DNA of 64,000 nucleotides from Cetorhinus maximus (GCF_964194155.1 NC_135898.1:51026001-51090000); one strand, 5' to 3'; shown: positions 11,501 to 26,500, counted from the first letter of the stretch. Numbers and translations: made by a program. The notes: generated from the letters alone by a model not told the origin.

Positions 11501-14500
11501 AGAGCCAAGGGGGATTGGAAATAAGGGGCTGGATTTTGCCAGACATCGCAGTCCCTGTCACCTCTCCCTCAACCCAGCTAAAAAGTCGGGGGAGCCCACT
11601 CACCTTTCCAATGGCTGCCCTGCAGCAATTTAATGCTGGAAGCAGCGTTAATTGTTTTAAAGCAAAACTTCTGTCCCTTTCTCAGGAGAAATTCCTGCCT
11701 TAGGGAGCTGCCGGCTAATCCTATTGGCCAGCAGCTCCATGGTCCCAACAGCACCAGCCGAGAGTGGTGGCCACTGCGTGAATTACAGGCAGTCCCCAGT
11801 GCCAAAGAGCCAAGGTAAGTTTGGGGTAAGGAGTCATGGTGAAGGATTGAGGGGGCTGGGGGTCTGGGTTCAAGAGGCTAGGAGGGAGGGTTTAAGGGGA
11901 ATGACCTGGGAGAGGGGTATCTCCGATGGGCCCATAGAGCCTGTAAAGGAGGTTACCCCCCCTTTCCCGACACCAGCCCATGCAGCTAAAGCTGCCGGAC
12001 TTCCTGCATGTTGTGGGTCTCCCCTGCTGTGGGTAAAATACTGGCGGTGGTGGGATGAGGCCCTTAAGTGATTGTTAATTGGTCACTTAAGCATGTCAAT
12101 AGGCCCAAGGCCGGTTGGGCTGCCCGGTGCCTCCCTCACACCCCATAACATTTCAGACGGGTCAAGGGCGGCAGTAGGTGACAGGAAAGCCACCTGCTGC
12201 ACTTTACGTACCCCCTCACCTTCAAACCCACAGGTGGGGAGCATAAAATCCAGCCCAAGGTGATAGTTTGCAAGAACAGAGGGTTCAATGTTGGGGTTTT
12301 GGTTAGGAAGATGATGATTTGAGATTTGAAAGCGAGAAGGGGGTAGTGCAATATAAATTGGCATTGGGGTCAGAAACCAGAATTAGGTGGTAAGCTGTTA
12401 AGTGAGAATGGAGTCAGGGAGCACAAATGGGTCTCATGGGCAAGATGAACTTGGGAAGGGCTTGAATGGAGAGAAACGAGAGACAAAACTGGGTTCAAGG
12501 CTATGGCAGGGGGATCCTGTGGAGGTGTGGGTGGGGGCTTTGCTTGATGGGCAACAGAGAGTAAGGTGCAGCTGATACAGTTGGACTGATAATCTCAATC
12601 TTGGTGACAAAAAAGACCATGAGTTTCTGAAACTTGTTGTTTGGAGGATGGGGATGGGAGAGCTGCAGGGAGCAGTTTAAGGAGAAAGTTATTAGTGGAG
12701 AGCAGAATCAGATTTATCTTTGCTTTTCATCATAATCTTGAAGAGTGCATGGTTTTAGCAGAGGAAAGTGAGACCTAGTGATGCTAGATGTGGTCCAGCC
12801 AAATCTGGTGGCAGATGGTTAAACTGGTTTTGTGGCAGAAACATTCAAGCCTCTTGAGCTTGAAGCAGCAAAATTAGGAGTCATATCGTGGAAAAAGCAG
12901 GATGATGAAGGCTTTGCTGGGGATAAAGGCATTAAAGGTGGGGCATTAAATGATTGAGCAGATCAAGAGCTACAGATGTATTGTGGAGAATAGGAGGCCA
13001 CATGCCAAGCAGTTGTTATTTTGAAAGTGCAGTTATGATTTGAGAGAAGAAGTGAGGTTGGAAAAGAGTAGTGAGATATGGGTCATCAGCGATCAAAATC
13101 ATGGGAGCAAAGAGGCCATAGAAAATGGCAAGATTGAGGGACCTGCCATGAGTATGGATATGATAGTTTATATGAAAGGAACAATTTAGCGATGATAGGA
13201 GAGCAGTACTTTAAAAGAGAAGCCAAAGTGGAGTGGAGATGGAGATGGAAGCACTGAGGATGAGCAGTTACTCAGGGCAAAGGCTGAAGGAGGAGACAGA
13301 ATGTCTTGACGAGAAACAAGATTGGGGCTTGTAGGTGTGGTTGATAACAAGGATTTTAAAGGAGAAGCAAGGTGGTTGACCAAGGGGAGATGCTCGAAAG
13401 AGGAGAAAGTACCGGAAGAGTAAGGGTTGCACTTAAAGTGGATTTATATTATTTTCAATCAGAACTATTGTGATGATATTAACATGAATACAATTTGTAT
13501 TTTATATTTGTCCCAGCAAATACCTTGCACATTTCAGTGAGCCATGACTCTTCCCCCTTGTCTATAAACCCATGAACAATGAAGCGGGTTATTTTGGTCT
13601 GGTCAAAATTAGAGTTTTTGATTGTTGAAGGATTTACGTCATAAATTTCCTGTTGAGAAAGTATATCTGTAAATTGCATTATAATTGTATTCTCAAATAA
13701 CAATATTAAAGCAGCTATATTATCTTGGTAGAAAATCTAACAATACAGCTTTCATATTTTTAATGCATGTTTCATTGATGCATGCTAGTATCACCATGTC
13801 CTTGCTCACATTTTTAAAATGTTATTATATATTTAAATCCTATATAATTAGAAAACTTTTAGTGCCAGCAGATATAACTGTTCCATGTGAGATTTACATG
13901 CTGCAGTACAAGGTTTAGTATAATGAAAATTGTGGAGAATATACAATGGAGGTTGAGTCAAATCCCTGTTACCCTATATTCCTTATAAAATGTCATTGTC
14001 AGTTTAACTACTGATTAAATATATTACAGAATATGATTTATTTCTGAATGACAATTTAATTTCTGTATCATTGCTAGCTCGCTGTTTTTCTATCCATCCA
14101 ATTTACATCCTCATATTAGACTTGGCTGGGTGGCATTGCTCTTGCCTCTGACTTAGATGTTTGAGCATTTAAGAATTTAAGCATTCAATGTAAGGTGATA
14201 GGTCAGTGCAGGACTGAGAGGGTGCTGCAGTATCAGAAATACTGGCCCTGATATCAACTTAGAGGGGGGGAAGGAATGGGGAGGAAACCCAGAAGATCGG
14301 GTTTCTTTCAGGCCTTGCCAAGTTTGATGACAGGGCCTGATTAAGAGTTTTTATCTCCCTTTTCCTGGCTGCATTGAGAGGCTGACGTCTGTCAGGCAGC
14401 TTGGCCTTTGGCACCAAGCAACAAACAGGGAACAGAGAGGAGGGACAGAGGGTTTAGAGAATTCAGGGGAAATGACCTTCTAGCTCCAAAGCCCTTGCCT

Positions 14501-17500
14501 CTCTTTAGCCAACAGGATTCCCAAGGCCTGGGAAACCTGATCAGCCAGGGTTCAACTTAAAATGGTGGTGAATCTTGAGCCACACAGCCTTATTAGGGTA
14601 GACGGTGGCATATTTTAATGTCACCGGGCTAGCAATCCAGAGACCCAGGATAATGCTCTGAGGGCATGGGTTCGAATCCCACCATGACAGTTGGTGGAAT
14701 TTAAATTCAGTTCATAAATCTGGAATCAAAAAGGAAAAGCTAATCTTGGTAATAGTCATTGTCAATAGTCGTAAAAACCCAACTGGTTCACTAATGCCCT
14801 TTAGGGAAGGAAATCTGCCGTCCCTACCTGGTTTGGCCTACAGGTAACTCCAGACCACATAGCAATGTCGCTGACTCTTAAATGGCCTACAAGCCACTCA
14901 GTTGTATCAAACTGCTATGAAGACTTAAAAAAAAGGAATGAAAATGAACGGATCATCTGGCATCGACCTAAGCACTGGAATCGACAAAATGGAAAACCTA
15001 GAACCTAGCCCTGTTGACCCTACAAAGTCCTCCTTACTAACATCTGGGGGCTTGTGCCAAAACTGGGAGGCCCATCCCAAAATAACTAGTCAAGAAATAG
15101 CCTGACATAGCGTGGCACAATGGTATACACTCGAGAGGGAGTTGCTCTAGGAATTCTCAACATTGACTATGCACCCCATGAAGTCCCATGGGCAAGGAAA
15201 CCTCCTGCTGATTATCACCTACTGCCCTCCCTCAGCGGATGATTCAGTACTGCACATTGAACACCACTTGGAGGAAGCACTGAAGGTGGCTAGGTCACAG
15301 AATGTACTTTGGGTGGGAAACTTCAATGGCCATCACCAGTTGTGGCTCTGTAGTATCACTACTAACCGAGCTGGCTGAGTCCTAAGGATATAGTTGCTAG
15401 CCTGGGTCTGTGGCAGGTGGTGAGGAAATCAACAAGAGGGAAAAACATACTTGACCTCGTCCTCACCAATCTACCTGTTGCAGATACATCTGTCCATGAC
15501 AGTATTGATAGGAGTGACCACCGCACAGTCCTTGTGGAGAAGAAATACTGTCTTCACATTGAGGATACCCTCCATCGTGTTGTGAGGCACTACCATCATG
15601 CTAAATGGGATAGATTTCAAACAGATCTAGCAATAAAAACTGGGCATTCATGATGCAGTGTGGGCATCAGCATCAGTGGAATTGTACATTACTGCAATCT
15701 GTAACATCATGGCCTGGCATATACCCCAATCTACCATTACCATCAAGCCAGAGGATCAACCCTGGTTCAATGAAGAATGTGGGAGGGCATGCCAGGAGCA
15801 ACACCAGGCATACCTAAAACTGAGGTGTCAACCTGGTGAAGCTACAATGCAGGACTACATGCATGCCAAACAGTGAAAAGAACAGAGGTAAGTGGTCCCA
15901 CAACCAACGGATTAGATCTAAACTCGGCAGTCCTGCCACGTCCAATTGTGAATGGTGGAGGACAATTAAACAACTCGCTGGAGGAGGCTCCACAAATATC
16001 TCCATCCTCAATGATGGGAGCTTAGCACATCAGTGCAAAAGACAAGGCTGAAGCATTTGCAACAATCTTCAGCCAGACGTGCTGAGTGGATAATTCATCT
16101 CAGCCTCCTCCTGAGGTCCCCAGCATCACAGATGCTAGTCTTCAGCCAATTCGATTCACTCCACGTGATATCAAGAAACAAGCAAAAGGCAATGGATACT
16201 GCAAAGGTTATGGGCCCTGACACTATTCCAGCAATGGTACTGAAGACTTGTGCTCCAGAACTATCTATGCCCTTGGCCAATCTGTTCCAGTACAGCTACA
16301 ACACTGGCTTATATCCAGCAATGTGGAAAATTGCCCAGGTGTTTTCTGTGCACAAAAAGCAGGACAGATCCAATGCAGCCAATTACTGCCCCATCAGTCT
16401 ACTATCACTCATCAGCAAAATGAAGGAAGGGCTTGAGTGGCACTTATTCAGAAACCTCATACTCACCAATGCTCAGTTTGGTACCTGCCAAGGCCACTCT
16501 GCTCCTGAGTTCAAACATAGACAAAAGAGCTTAATTCAAGAAGTGAGGTGAGAGTGACTGCCCTTGACATCGAGGCAGCATTTGGCCGAGTGTGGCATCA
16601 AGGAGCCCTAGCCAAACTGGAGTCAATGGGGATCAGGGAGAAATCTTTGCACTGGTTGGAGTCATACTTAACAGAAAGGAAGATGGTTGTAGATGTTGGA
16701 GGTCAATCATCTCAGTCCTAGGACATCACTGCAGGAGTTCCTCAGGGTAATGTCCTCGGCACAACCATCAGCAGCTGCTTCATCAATGACTTTCCTTCCA
16801 TCATAAGGTCAGAAGTGGGGATGTTCGCTGATGATTGCACAATGTTCAGCATCATTCGCGACTCCTCAGATACAGAAGGAGTCTGTGCCTAAATGCAGCA
16901 AGACCTGGACAACATTCTTGGCAAGTAACATTCGCGCCACACAGATGTCAGGCAATGACCATCTCTAACAAGAGAGAATCCAACCCTTGATGTTCAATGA
17001 CATTACCAGCACTGAATGCCCCACTATCAACATCCTGGGGGTTACCATTGACCAGAAACTGAACTGGACTAGCCATATAAATACTGTGGCTACAAGAGCA
17101 GGTCAGAGGCTAGGAATCCTGCGACGAGTAACTCACCTCCTAACTCCCCAAAGCTTGTCCACTATCTACAAAGCACACATCAGGAGTGTGATGGAATACA
17201 CTCCACTTGCCTGGATGAGTGCAGCTCCCACAACACCGAAGAAGCTTGACACCGTCTAGGACAAAACAGCCTGCTTGATTGGCACCACATCCACAAACAT
17301 ACACTCCCTCCATCACCGACGCACAATAGCAGCAGTGTGTACCATCTACAAGATGCACTGTAGGAATTCACCAAGGCTCCTTCGAAAGCGCCTTCCAAAC
17401 CCACGACCACTACCATCTAGAAGGACAAGGGCAACATCACCACCTGGAAGTTCCCCTCCGAGTCACTCATCATCCTGACTTAGAAATATACCTTCGCTGT

Positions 17501-20500
17501 TGCGGGGTCAAAATCCTGAAACTCCCTTTCTAACAGCACTGTGGGTATACCTACACCACATGGACTGCAGGGGTTCAAGAAGGCAGCTCACCACCACCTT
17601 CTCAAGGGCAACTAAGGGTGGGCAATAAATGCTGGCCTTCAGTTCCACATCTGTGACATGAACAAAGGCAGCTCCTATATGACAATGATGGCTGGACAAG
17701 ACACATGGGTCTCAGGGCAGACATTATGTGACCTCATAAGAATTGTTCATCAAGGTTAGGGTTAGGTTAGTGACTATCCTAATGCTGTTGCACTGAAGTC
17801 TATAGATTGTGGATGTTATAAGTATTTATCATGACCAATGTTGGAGTCTTTTCAACCAAGTGCACTTTGCAATGGCGTTTATTTTCCAACTGTGAGGTTT
17901 TGCTTTGTCGTATTCACCGTCAAGCACCATAGCCTTTCATGGCTTCCTGCAGCGTTATTTCATCTCAGCGTTTAAGGCTGAACACTATTCCTTTATTAGT
18001 TCCCACTCTCCCCATGCATGACACTGAGTGATGCAAGTTGGCTCTACTTGGTGACATTTGAAATGTCTGCTAGACAGGAATAAATGTGTGTTGTCAGAGG
18101 TGTGTGCTCATTCTGAGAAACCTGTCCACTTACTGTGAGGATCTCAGTTTGCTCCTGAATGGCTGCCCAGTGGTGCTTCACAGAATCCCTCTGTGAAGTC
18201 ACAGAACACAAATCTATATGTAATTCATGGCATGACTACGCACTCACTGACTTAAGATTCAAAGAAATGTTTGGCCTTTGTGAGATGGACAATGTTGAGG
18301 ACTGTAGAGATATGAAAGCGGTGCTCCAGCACATCTCTGTGAGTGTGCAGCAGTATCTATGAAGGGAATAAGTTATCACTGACTGCTGTGTCGTACTGGA
18401 CTGAGTCACATCCCTCCCAAATGCCAAGGCAATGCAGGATGTTAGCTTGGCAGACTTCTGACGAATGCAGGGTTCTGAGTGTTTGTCAATAATCACATGA
18501 TGGTCCTGCTAAACCTCTCTCTGTGAGGACACTGCAAACATGACTAGCAGCTTTGTGTGCATGCTGTCATGTAACAGATCACTGCATCCTGATGTCCGAT
18601 GGCATCTTGGGGCTCAGTATTAAGATGCAGCGTCTGCATTAATCATGCATGAGAGCTGGTGTTTGGAGAGATAGTGCTGTCCGGATGTAGCTCCTTCTTG
18701 AGACGGTCAACCATTGTCAAATGCTTTTCATCTGAGAGCCACCTTGTTAAGCTGCTGTCATACTGGCCTGAGAGCATCTATGTGTGCAATAGAGTTTTAG
18801 CCTCTTGAAGGATGCCATGGCCACTGCCTTGTTGCTGCCATGGTTGAAAGGACTGCACTATGTATAGTTGCTTAAGGATGTGCGCTAGTGGAGTGCTAGG
18901 CACATTCCATGGTGGTCACATGGTCCCTAGGCTACTGTGCCTTCCTAGGATGACCCCATTGTTAGAGTTGAAGATGACTTATGCTTCCTCCGTGATCATT
19001 GTGAGATTGATGACCTTTCACTACATGTTGAAGATGACAATGAAGGTGATGTTGTGTCCCCTGCACCAAAGCATGAAGAGAACTGAAATCGAAACAACTT
19101 GTCTTCACCTTATTCCTCCTGGAAACTTGTAGCTATGAGGCTGTCATGGGCATGTCTACTGTGGCGTGCCCATACAATGGCATTCCTCATGTAGCTCGTC
19201 TGAATCCTCACCCTCTTCAAGTTCATCTCCTTCCAAGTCCTCCTTGTCCGAGGAGACACCTAGCTCCTCTAGGTCTCCCTGTAGCAACACATTCTGCCTT
19301 TGCAGCAGTGGGTTATGCAGGGCGCAGCAAGCAACAATGATGAGGGACACTCTCTGCAGTAAGCATTGGACAACCCCAGATGACTGATCCAAACATCAGA
19401 AATGCATCTTTAAGAGGCCAATAGTCTTCTCTATTAGGGATATAGTGGCTGAATGTGCAGCATTGTATCTCTCCTCAGATGCACTCTGTGGATGACGAAC
19501 AGGTGTCATTAGCCATGTTTTCAGGGGGTACCCCTTATCACCAAGGCGCCAACCCTCAAAGCGCCAAGCTCCCTCAAGTATCTCTGGCATCAGGGAGTGA
19601 CTCAAAATGTCTGAGTTGTGTGAGCACCCTGGTTACCTAGCACAAACATGCTGGATCCGCTTTCTGTGATCACAAATCAGCTGGACATTCAGAGAGTGAA
19701 ATCCTTTTCTGCCAGCGGGCTCTCAAGGATACATTGTGCAATCAATGGTGCCCTGCACTAGTGGGAAGTCTGAGATCACAGCTCTGACAGCCTGGCTTGC
19801 TTCATCCATATGGAACTGCATGTAATGGTGAGCTTTACTGAAAAGGGCATCGGTCACCTTGCTTATGCATTTGTGTGTCACCGATTGTGAGATTCCGCAG
19901 AGGACCTTAGTGGAGTCCCGGAAGGATCCATCGGCAAAAAAGTTCAGTTCAGTAGTAACCATCACAGCAAGCGGCAGGGACGCCCTCAACGTCCATGTGA
20001 CGTGAGTTCCACATGGAGAATGTGGCAAATATGAGCTACCAGGTCCCTAGACAAGTGAAGGTGCCTGCAGAACTGTCTTTTGCTCATCTCCACGTATGAG
20101 CTGCGTCATCTGTAGACCTTTGGTTGCGCCAAACGTCTTTGTGGATTTGGCCTTGCATCGTCAGCTTCTGGTGCTTCCTGGGGCACTGTTGGCTCTTGTT
20201 CCTCAGGGTGATGGTGTTCCTGAGCTGAGCCAGTCAGTGACAGGCCCTTCTCCTCCTCATGCTAATCAAAGCTACCAAGAAGGCAGTGTTGCCTTCGGCC
20301 CACATTCTACATTCCTTGTATCTGTGAGCGGATATCATTGAGCAATCATTGGTGGTCCCTGTGGAGTTGTCTCCCTCCATATACGAGGCAGGAATGTAGT
20401 CTCCAGCCCTTGGCTTTCACTCAGTCTGCATAATGCATACCAAGGCCACCCCTTGCAGGCTGATATCACCCTGGAGAATGACGTATGGCCGAGCTTTCCC

Positions 20501-23500
20501 CTCAGACATGACTGCGCATTCACAACAAGGGTCTTAATTAGGATCAAAGGACCCAAGTCCTAGGAATTACAGCCAGCCTTGTCTTGGCTGTCCTCCAGTG
20601 GCCTTGCTAATAACTATTGATATCTAGTCCTTGCAATTTTGTCCTGAGTGCAAGCATGGTCCTTGAATACCATGACCAGTATAATAGGAACATGGAGGCT
20701 TGTAGGGCACATGCTGTCTCTGTTCAGTAGACATGGCTGTTGATTTTTTGACCCTACATCTGTGCCTCTATAAGGATCAGATGCCAAATAAGACCAATGC
20801 ACTGCAGCACCTAAACTTTGATTCTCGTCTGAATGCGCACCATTGATAAAGGAGCCAAGCTCGTTCTTTGTGCATTAGTCCTGTACTCAGCTGAGCCACG
20901 CTCAACATGGTTCGAGCAGGATGGATAGGGTTCCCCTTTAATCAGACAAGAATTGCTGTGATGAACACCTTCAACATGTCCTGATGCTCCTCCTGGACAA
21001 ATTTTTTCTAGCTTGTTTTTAAATCTGCATCATTGAAAGGTGAGCTCAAAAATGATGCTGCTGGCCTTTGTCTGGAAGACCAGCTTCCAATCTCCCCATC
21101 GCCTACCAAACACATCCCTTCCTCCTCCATATTCACTACCTCCCAATTTCCCTTCCTCCTATCACTATCCAGCCTCCCCCGGTACCCTTGAACCCATCAT
21201 TATCCACGTTGATATTCCTGTTCTCTCCCCTGACCCTTTAATGTCGATATCTCCATGGCCTTTGTCAACTTGACCCCTCCCGTTCTGAAGGCCACATGTA
21301 TCCTGATTTTCTGGGATTCCCCCATAAGACTATCCAATACCCACTAAGACTTTTTGGCTACTGATCTATAAGATACAGATGCCTACCCTGAATGTTAGGG
21401 TGCCCTCTGCTTCACAATACCATAGCTCTAACCCCCAAGACTAAATTCCTTTGGTGATTGACCACACCCTGCGCACTATATTTTGCATGACCTTCACTGC
21501 CCAGAGGGGCCTTGCCCAGCCCAAGGCCAGGACCAAGAGATGCATGCAGAGCCCTTAACATGGCCCGCACGGCCCAAGGACAGTCTCTTCAATATCCCCC
21601 GACAGTAGGGCCTCAGTCCCAGGACAGTGTTATAACTCTTGCCCCAGGAGTCTTTCACTACTCCACCCTGTCCCTTGACCGCCCCCTAGTCCTGCCTCTG
21701 TCTTCCCCTTCCTCTCCTGTGTTTCCCCCCACCCAAGTCCTGCCTCTGTTGCCCCCCCTCCTCACTGGTATTGCCTCCTGAGCCCAGCCTTGGCTCAGCT
21801 TGTGATATATGTCATGATAATAGTTGATTGTGGTAGCGGACCCTAGTATTAGATACTATATGGTACTCTGTACTAGATAGGAGGTCACCTGACATGGAAG
21901 TTGAAGGTCAGATAGCACATGTTGGAGCCTGTCTTGAGGGAATTCAGTTACTGTAGAGATCTGTGTTCAAGTTAGGAAAATGTGTTATCAATAAAGTTAG
22001 CTCAGCTACAATGTCGATGGCCTGTGTGCATCATTGAAACAAAAAGCAAGACAATATAGGCACCTGAAATCTTGCAGCAATGCTCTTAAAGGTAGGTGAA
22101 AGCCTATGTACCTCAAAGTTGTTGCTAAAGTGAAGCTCGCCAGGTGCACGTCACTTATTTACAGTCGGGAAACAGACCATTATAATTATCCGCTGATGGG
22201 GCACTTAACTTGGAGGGACGAGAAATAATTCCAGCCAGTTGGCCTTTTAATGAGCATTCATGAGATGAAAAATGAATGCAAATGTGATTCCTGATATAGA
22301 TCAGCGGGAAACTTGACCCGCCTTTAACCCGTCATCAAAGTCAGGAGAACAAAAATCCAAACTAATTTTCTGCCGGCAGGAAACTGACTTTTTCCATCAC
22401 GCCAAATTTAGTGCCCCCAACCGCCACGATTCCTGCCACTGGTGGGAGTGAAACATTCCACCCACTGTTAGGACTATTGATCAGCTCAAAGTTTAAGGAA
22501 AAAAAATCAAACACAAACTAATTTTTTGACTTTTCTTAACATTTCCTTTCTATAACCTGAATTCGCTATAAACTTTGGTTCCTTCATTTTTAACATATGG
22601 ATTCCATACATCCAGTACCATTAAATAATGATAAAATTATCTCAAACTAAGGAGCAAAGGTGAATGGCAGCATCTCTATATTCATATCTTCTGTGAAAAA
22701 CTAGATACTATAGTTGTTGAGTTTATAAAACTGTCACAACAAATTTGCAGTTCCATAGACAACGTTTTCAAAATTTCTATTCACAATTGTGTTTGCTTTG
22801 ATTTTTTTCTTTTCAATTTTCTCCCTTTCTCTCTCAGAATCATTCACTCAATCAGCAACACTGTCCATAGAATCAGGGCGTAATGAAAAAAAATTAGAAG
22901 CAACCAAAGTATTTTATTTATATTCAGTTCAAACTATCCTGTATTAAGTCTCACTGGGTCCCCACCAATCTTAACACTGCCACGCTCTAACAAACAACAG
23001 TGCTCCATGAATCAGGAAGGCCCTGTCTTGCTAGTCAAGCTGCTTTTTAAAAATGTCATTGTACCCTGTCAACCTTTTTATTGTTTGCAATACATTTTTA
23101 AGCTTTGCATTTTATTTCTCCATTGTTTAGCTTTTCCTTTATTATGGGGAGCTGGTGGCATGGTGGTAATGTCACTGGACTAGTAATCCAGAGGCCCAGG
23201 TTAATGTTCTGGGATTAGGATTCAAATCCTGCCATGACAGCTGGTGGAATTTGAAACCTGGGATTGAAAAGCTAGTCTCAGTAATGGTGACCATGAAACT
23301 ATTGTTGATTGTCGTAAAATCCACCTGGTTCACTAGTATCCTTTCAGGAAGCTAGTTTGCCATTCTTACCTGGTCTATTCTACAAGTGAGTCCAGAGCCA
23401 AAGCAATGTGATTGACTCCTAACTGCCCTACGAAATGGTGTGGCAAACCTCTCAGCTTAAGGGCAATTAGGGGATGGGCAACAAATGCTGACCTGCTAGT

Positions 23501-26500
23501 GACACCCACATCCCATGAAAGAATAACTAGTAAAAAAAAGCATGCCTTTCTCACGATTGATGAATTTGCTTGTGTTCTTCCCTTTCTCATTAAAATTCTA
23601 TTATTCTCTAATATCTTCTGTTATTTTTTAAGCTTTTTGCGGTTTCTAGTCAATTTGCTTTTATTTTTGGCTTTGTGCTCACTCACTTTATCTTATTCAG
23701 TAGTGTCTCAATATTTGTTTCAGTATCTCTATAAATAGGTTAACAACTTCTTTACAAAAGGAATTCTCCCTCAATATGTTTCTTTGTTCACTTCATTGCC
23801 TTTCGTTATCTTTGTTCTAACTGTCTAACCCAGTTTTGATTTTTCTCTTTTGCTTATCCTTTTTCAGGCTGATTTCCTCTTCTTTGCTTGCTTTGCTCAC
23901 TTTTCTTTACTCTTGCCATTTCTCCTCCTTTGTGCCTTTCTATTCTTAATTTCTCCGCAGTGCTTGGCCAACTCCCAATTACTGTACACTTCTTCTGTTT
24001 GCATGTCTCAGGTCATGTAGTGCTAACTCTGTCACATTGCACAGTACAAATCCTGTCTATTCTTTCACTTGTACATCCTATGACTGTATTCATTCATGGG
24101 ATGTGGGCATCGCTGCCTAGGCCAGCATTTATTGAATTCAAATTCTGTTGAGAATTACCCTGGGTCTCTAGAATACTAGTCCAGTGATAATACCACTATC
24201 CCACTGCCTCCCCTTATCCTAGCCTGGTGGGCTCTGCCTTATGGTGTTGACTTGGTTTTTCTTTCTTCACTTGATTGTGGATCCACAATGTTTCACCTGT
24301 ATTTTGGGTTTTGATTTCAAATTGAATGCATTGGTAACATATTTTGTTCGTCTTTTCTCTATTTTCCTAATTCTTCTTCCCTAGTTTTTCATTCCACCTC
24401 AACTATTTTCACATTCTTTTGTTCCTTCTATATCTTTGCATTATTTCACTGATGAGCTTTCTTCTCACCTAACAATTTTCTGTTAAGTAGTTTGCATTAG
24501 TTTGCAGGTCTTAACTCCCCATATTTGCTTGATTCCCTTGCCTTCCCCATTCATCGGCCTGAAGTTTTACTTACCTGGCCCTCAGGAAGCAGGTCAGTCA
24601 GAACGCTGGTGGTGGGGGGGACGAAATATGGGATTCTGAACTCCCTCCACATGTTGTGTAGCATTAACTCCACAGTGACGCGACCAACCAGTTCCCCACC
24701 CAAAGGGGAGCCTGTTTTTCAGGCTGAGCCTTCTGTCAGGTGTGAAGCCAGTCGGTGAAGGCTGCAGGCACAGGTAAGTCTGTGCCAACGACATGCAGAG
24801 AGAAGGAGGATTGAATGGGTGGGTTGCTGACACTGGATGGTGGTTGGGGGAAGATGATGGGGAGAAGGTGGAGGTCAGGGGCCTAGGGAGGGATCACATG
24901 CTCATGGTAGGGGGAAATCGGAGGATAGGACTAGGGAAATCAGAAACCTGGTGGTGGGGGGAATGGTGGGGGTGGGGTTGGCATAATTGGGGGCCTTGGG
25001 GGAAAGTGGAGTGTTTGGTCACAGAGGCTCCACAGACAGCTATACCAGGTCCTGGGGATAGGTCTAAAGGCACTTTTAACCTCCTCAATCAAGTCAACAC
25101 TTCAATGAAGCTGCTGGGACACTCGGGAAACTCAGCCGACAATAGTTAAAGTTGAAAAATACAATGACAAGAGGCTCACAGCCTCATTATTATATTTAAA
25201 GTTCCAACCCACCTTTTTTGAAGATGTAATAATTGCATTCCAAGCGGTTAAAAATTGTACATTCTAACTACCTGATAAGTTGCTGTATTTTGTCTTGTCC
25301 AAAGCAAAAATCGTATATCAATAGCCTCTGGGGACCAGGGTAGCTTTTTAATTGGTCTTTCCTTTGTTCCACCCCATGGAGCATCATCCGTAAAGCAGCC
25401 TAGTCTGTTGTAGCAGATTTCGGCAGCTGCAAAGAAAAGTCATTTTTTAAGTAAGTTTCACAAACTAGGATTTATGTAAAACATATGTTTCATCCCCCGA
25501 ACACGATATTAATTAGTAGGAAGTGTAAATGAATAGGTAAATGAAACCTGCCAATGTTACAAATTATAAATAAAAACAAAAGAAAATGTGAGAAACTTTT
25601 TTCTGATGAATGGAGTACAGTGAAACATTATCTGCTTCTTTCTTGTGTCAGCCTTCGCTCAGAATTAGCATTATAGCCTCTTTAAAGGCTATGGGTTCAA
25701 GTCCCACTTCAGAAATTTAAGCATTATATGCAGGTTGATAAGTTAGTTTAATACTGAGGGACTGTTTCCATGGCAGAGGCTGTGACCATGAAATTTGATA
25801 AGGCCTGGAAAAAGGTTGAGGAGATTGTGATACACGATTAACCCATGACCACCTAATGCAGACAGCACCTACGTTTTGTGCTACCTGCTCTTAAAATGAT
25901 TTCTGCATTCAGCTAAGCACTGACACTTTGGTGATTAGGGGCTGCAAAATCATGAGAGGCTAGCACTACTTAAAGCCAGCCTGTACCTCTCAAAGGGGAG
26001 GATTGGAGAAAGTGCTGGAATTCATCCCAGAAAAGAACGTGAGCAAGGAAAACACGGAATGATGACACAGCATGGTAGAGAGTGTGCTCCAAGATCTTCT
26101 GATGATGAACTGAAGGCCTGGGTCAAAGAGATAGAGAGGAAGAAAGATGTCATCTATCGACAGGGGGCAGGAGGTCCTCCAGACAAACTCCAAAAAGGGA
26201 GTAGGGGCAGATAGCTGTGGTAATCAATGCCAGATGTGTCGCCCCGAGGACAAGGAAGCAGTGCCGCAAAAAGTTAAATGATTTCATACGAGCGATCAGA
26301 GTCAGTATTTGCATTGTCAAATACCAAATCCCACAACTGGTCCATTAGCCTCACACACTTCTCAATGCACCACCCCATCATTTATCTACTAGCAGTCTCT
26401 ACTAATCACAATTCAATCTCAATCAATTTCTCCTCCTCTGCCTCCTGTTTGTTGGTTGCTCATTTTATAGCTAGTGGCAAGTGCTGTCCCTTCATGATGT

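Noticed and set aside
19150-20330. Possible domesticated HARBI1 gene
   Set aside because: Multiple stops and frameshifts, and it lies within a TIR-bearing element; a dead transposon.
23146-23240. tRNA-like sequence (also at 14596 and 40851)
   Set aside because: These are SINE heads with A/B boxes, not cloverleaf-forming tRNA genes.
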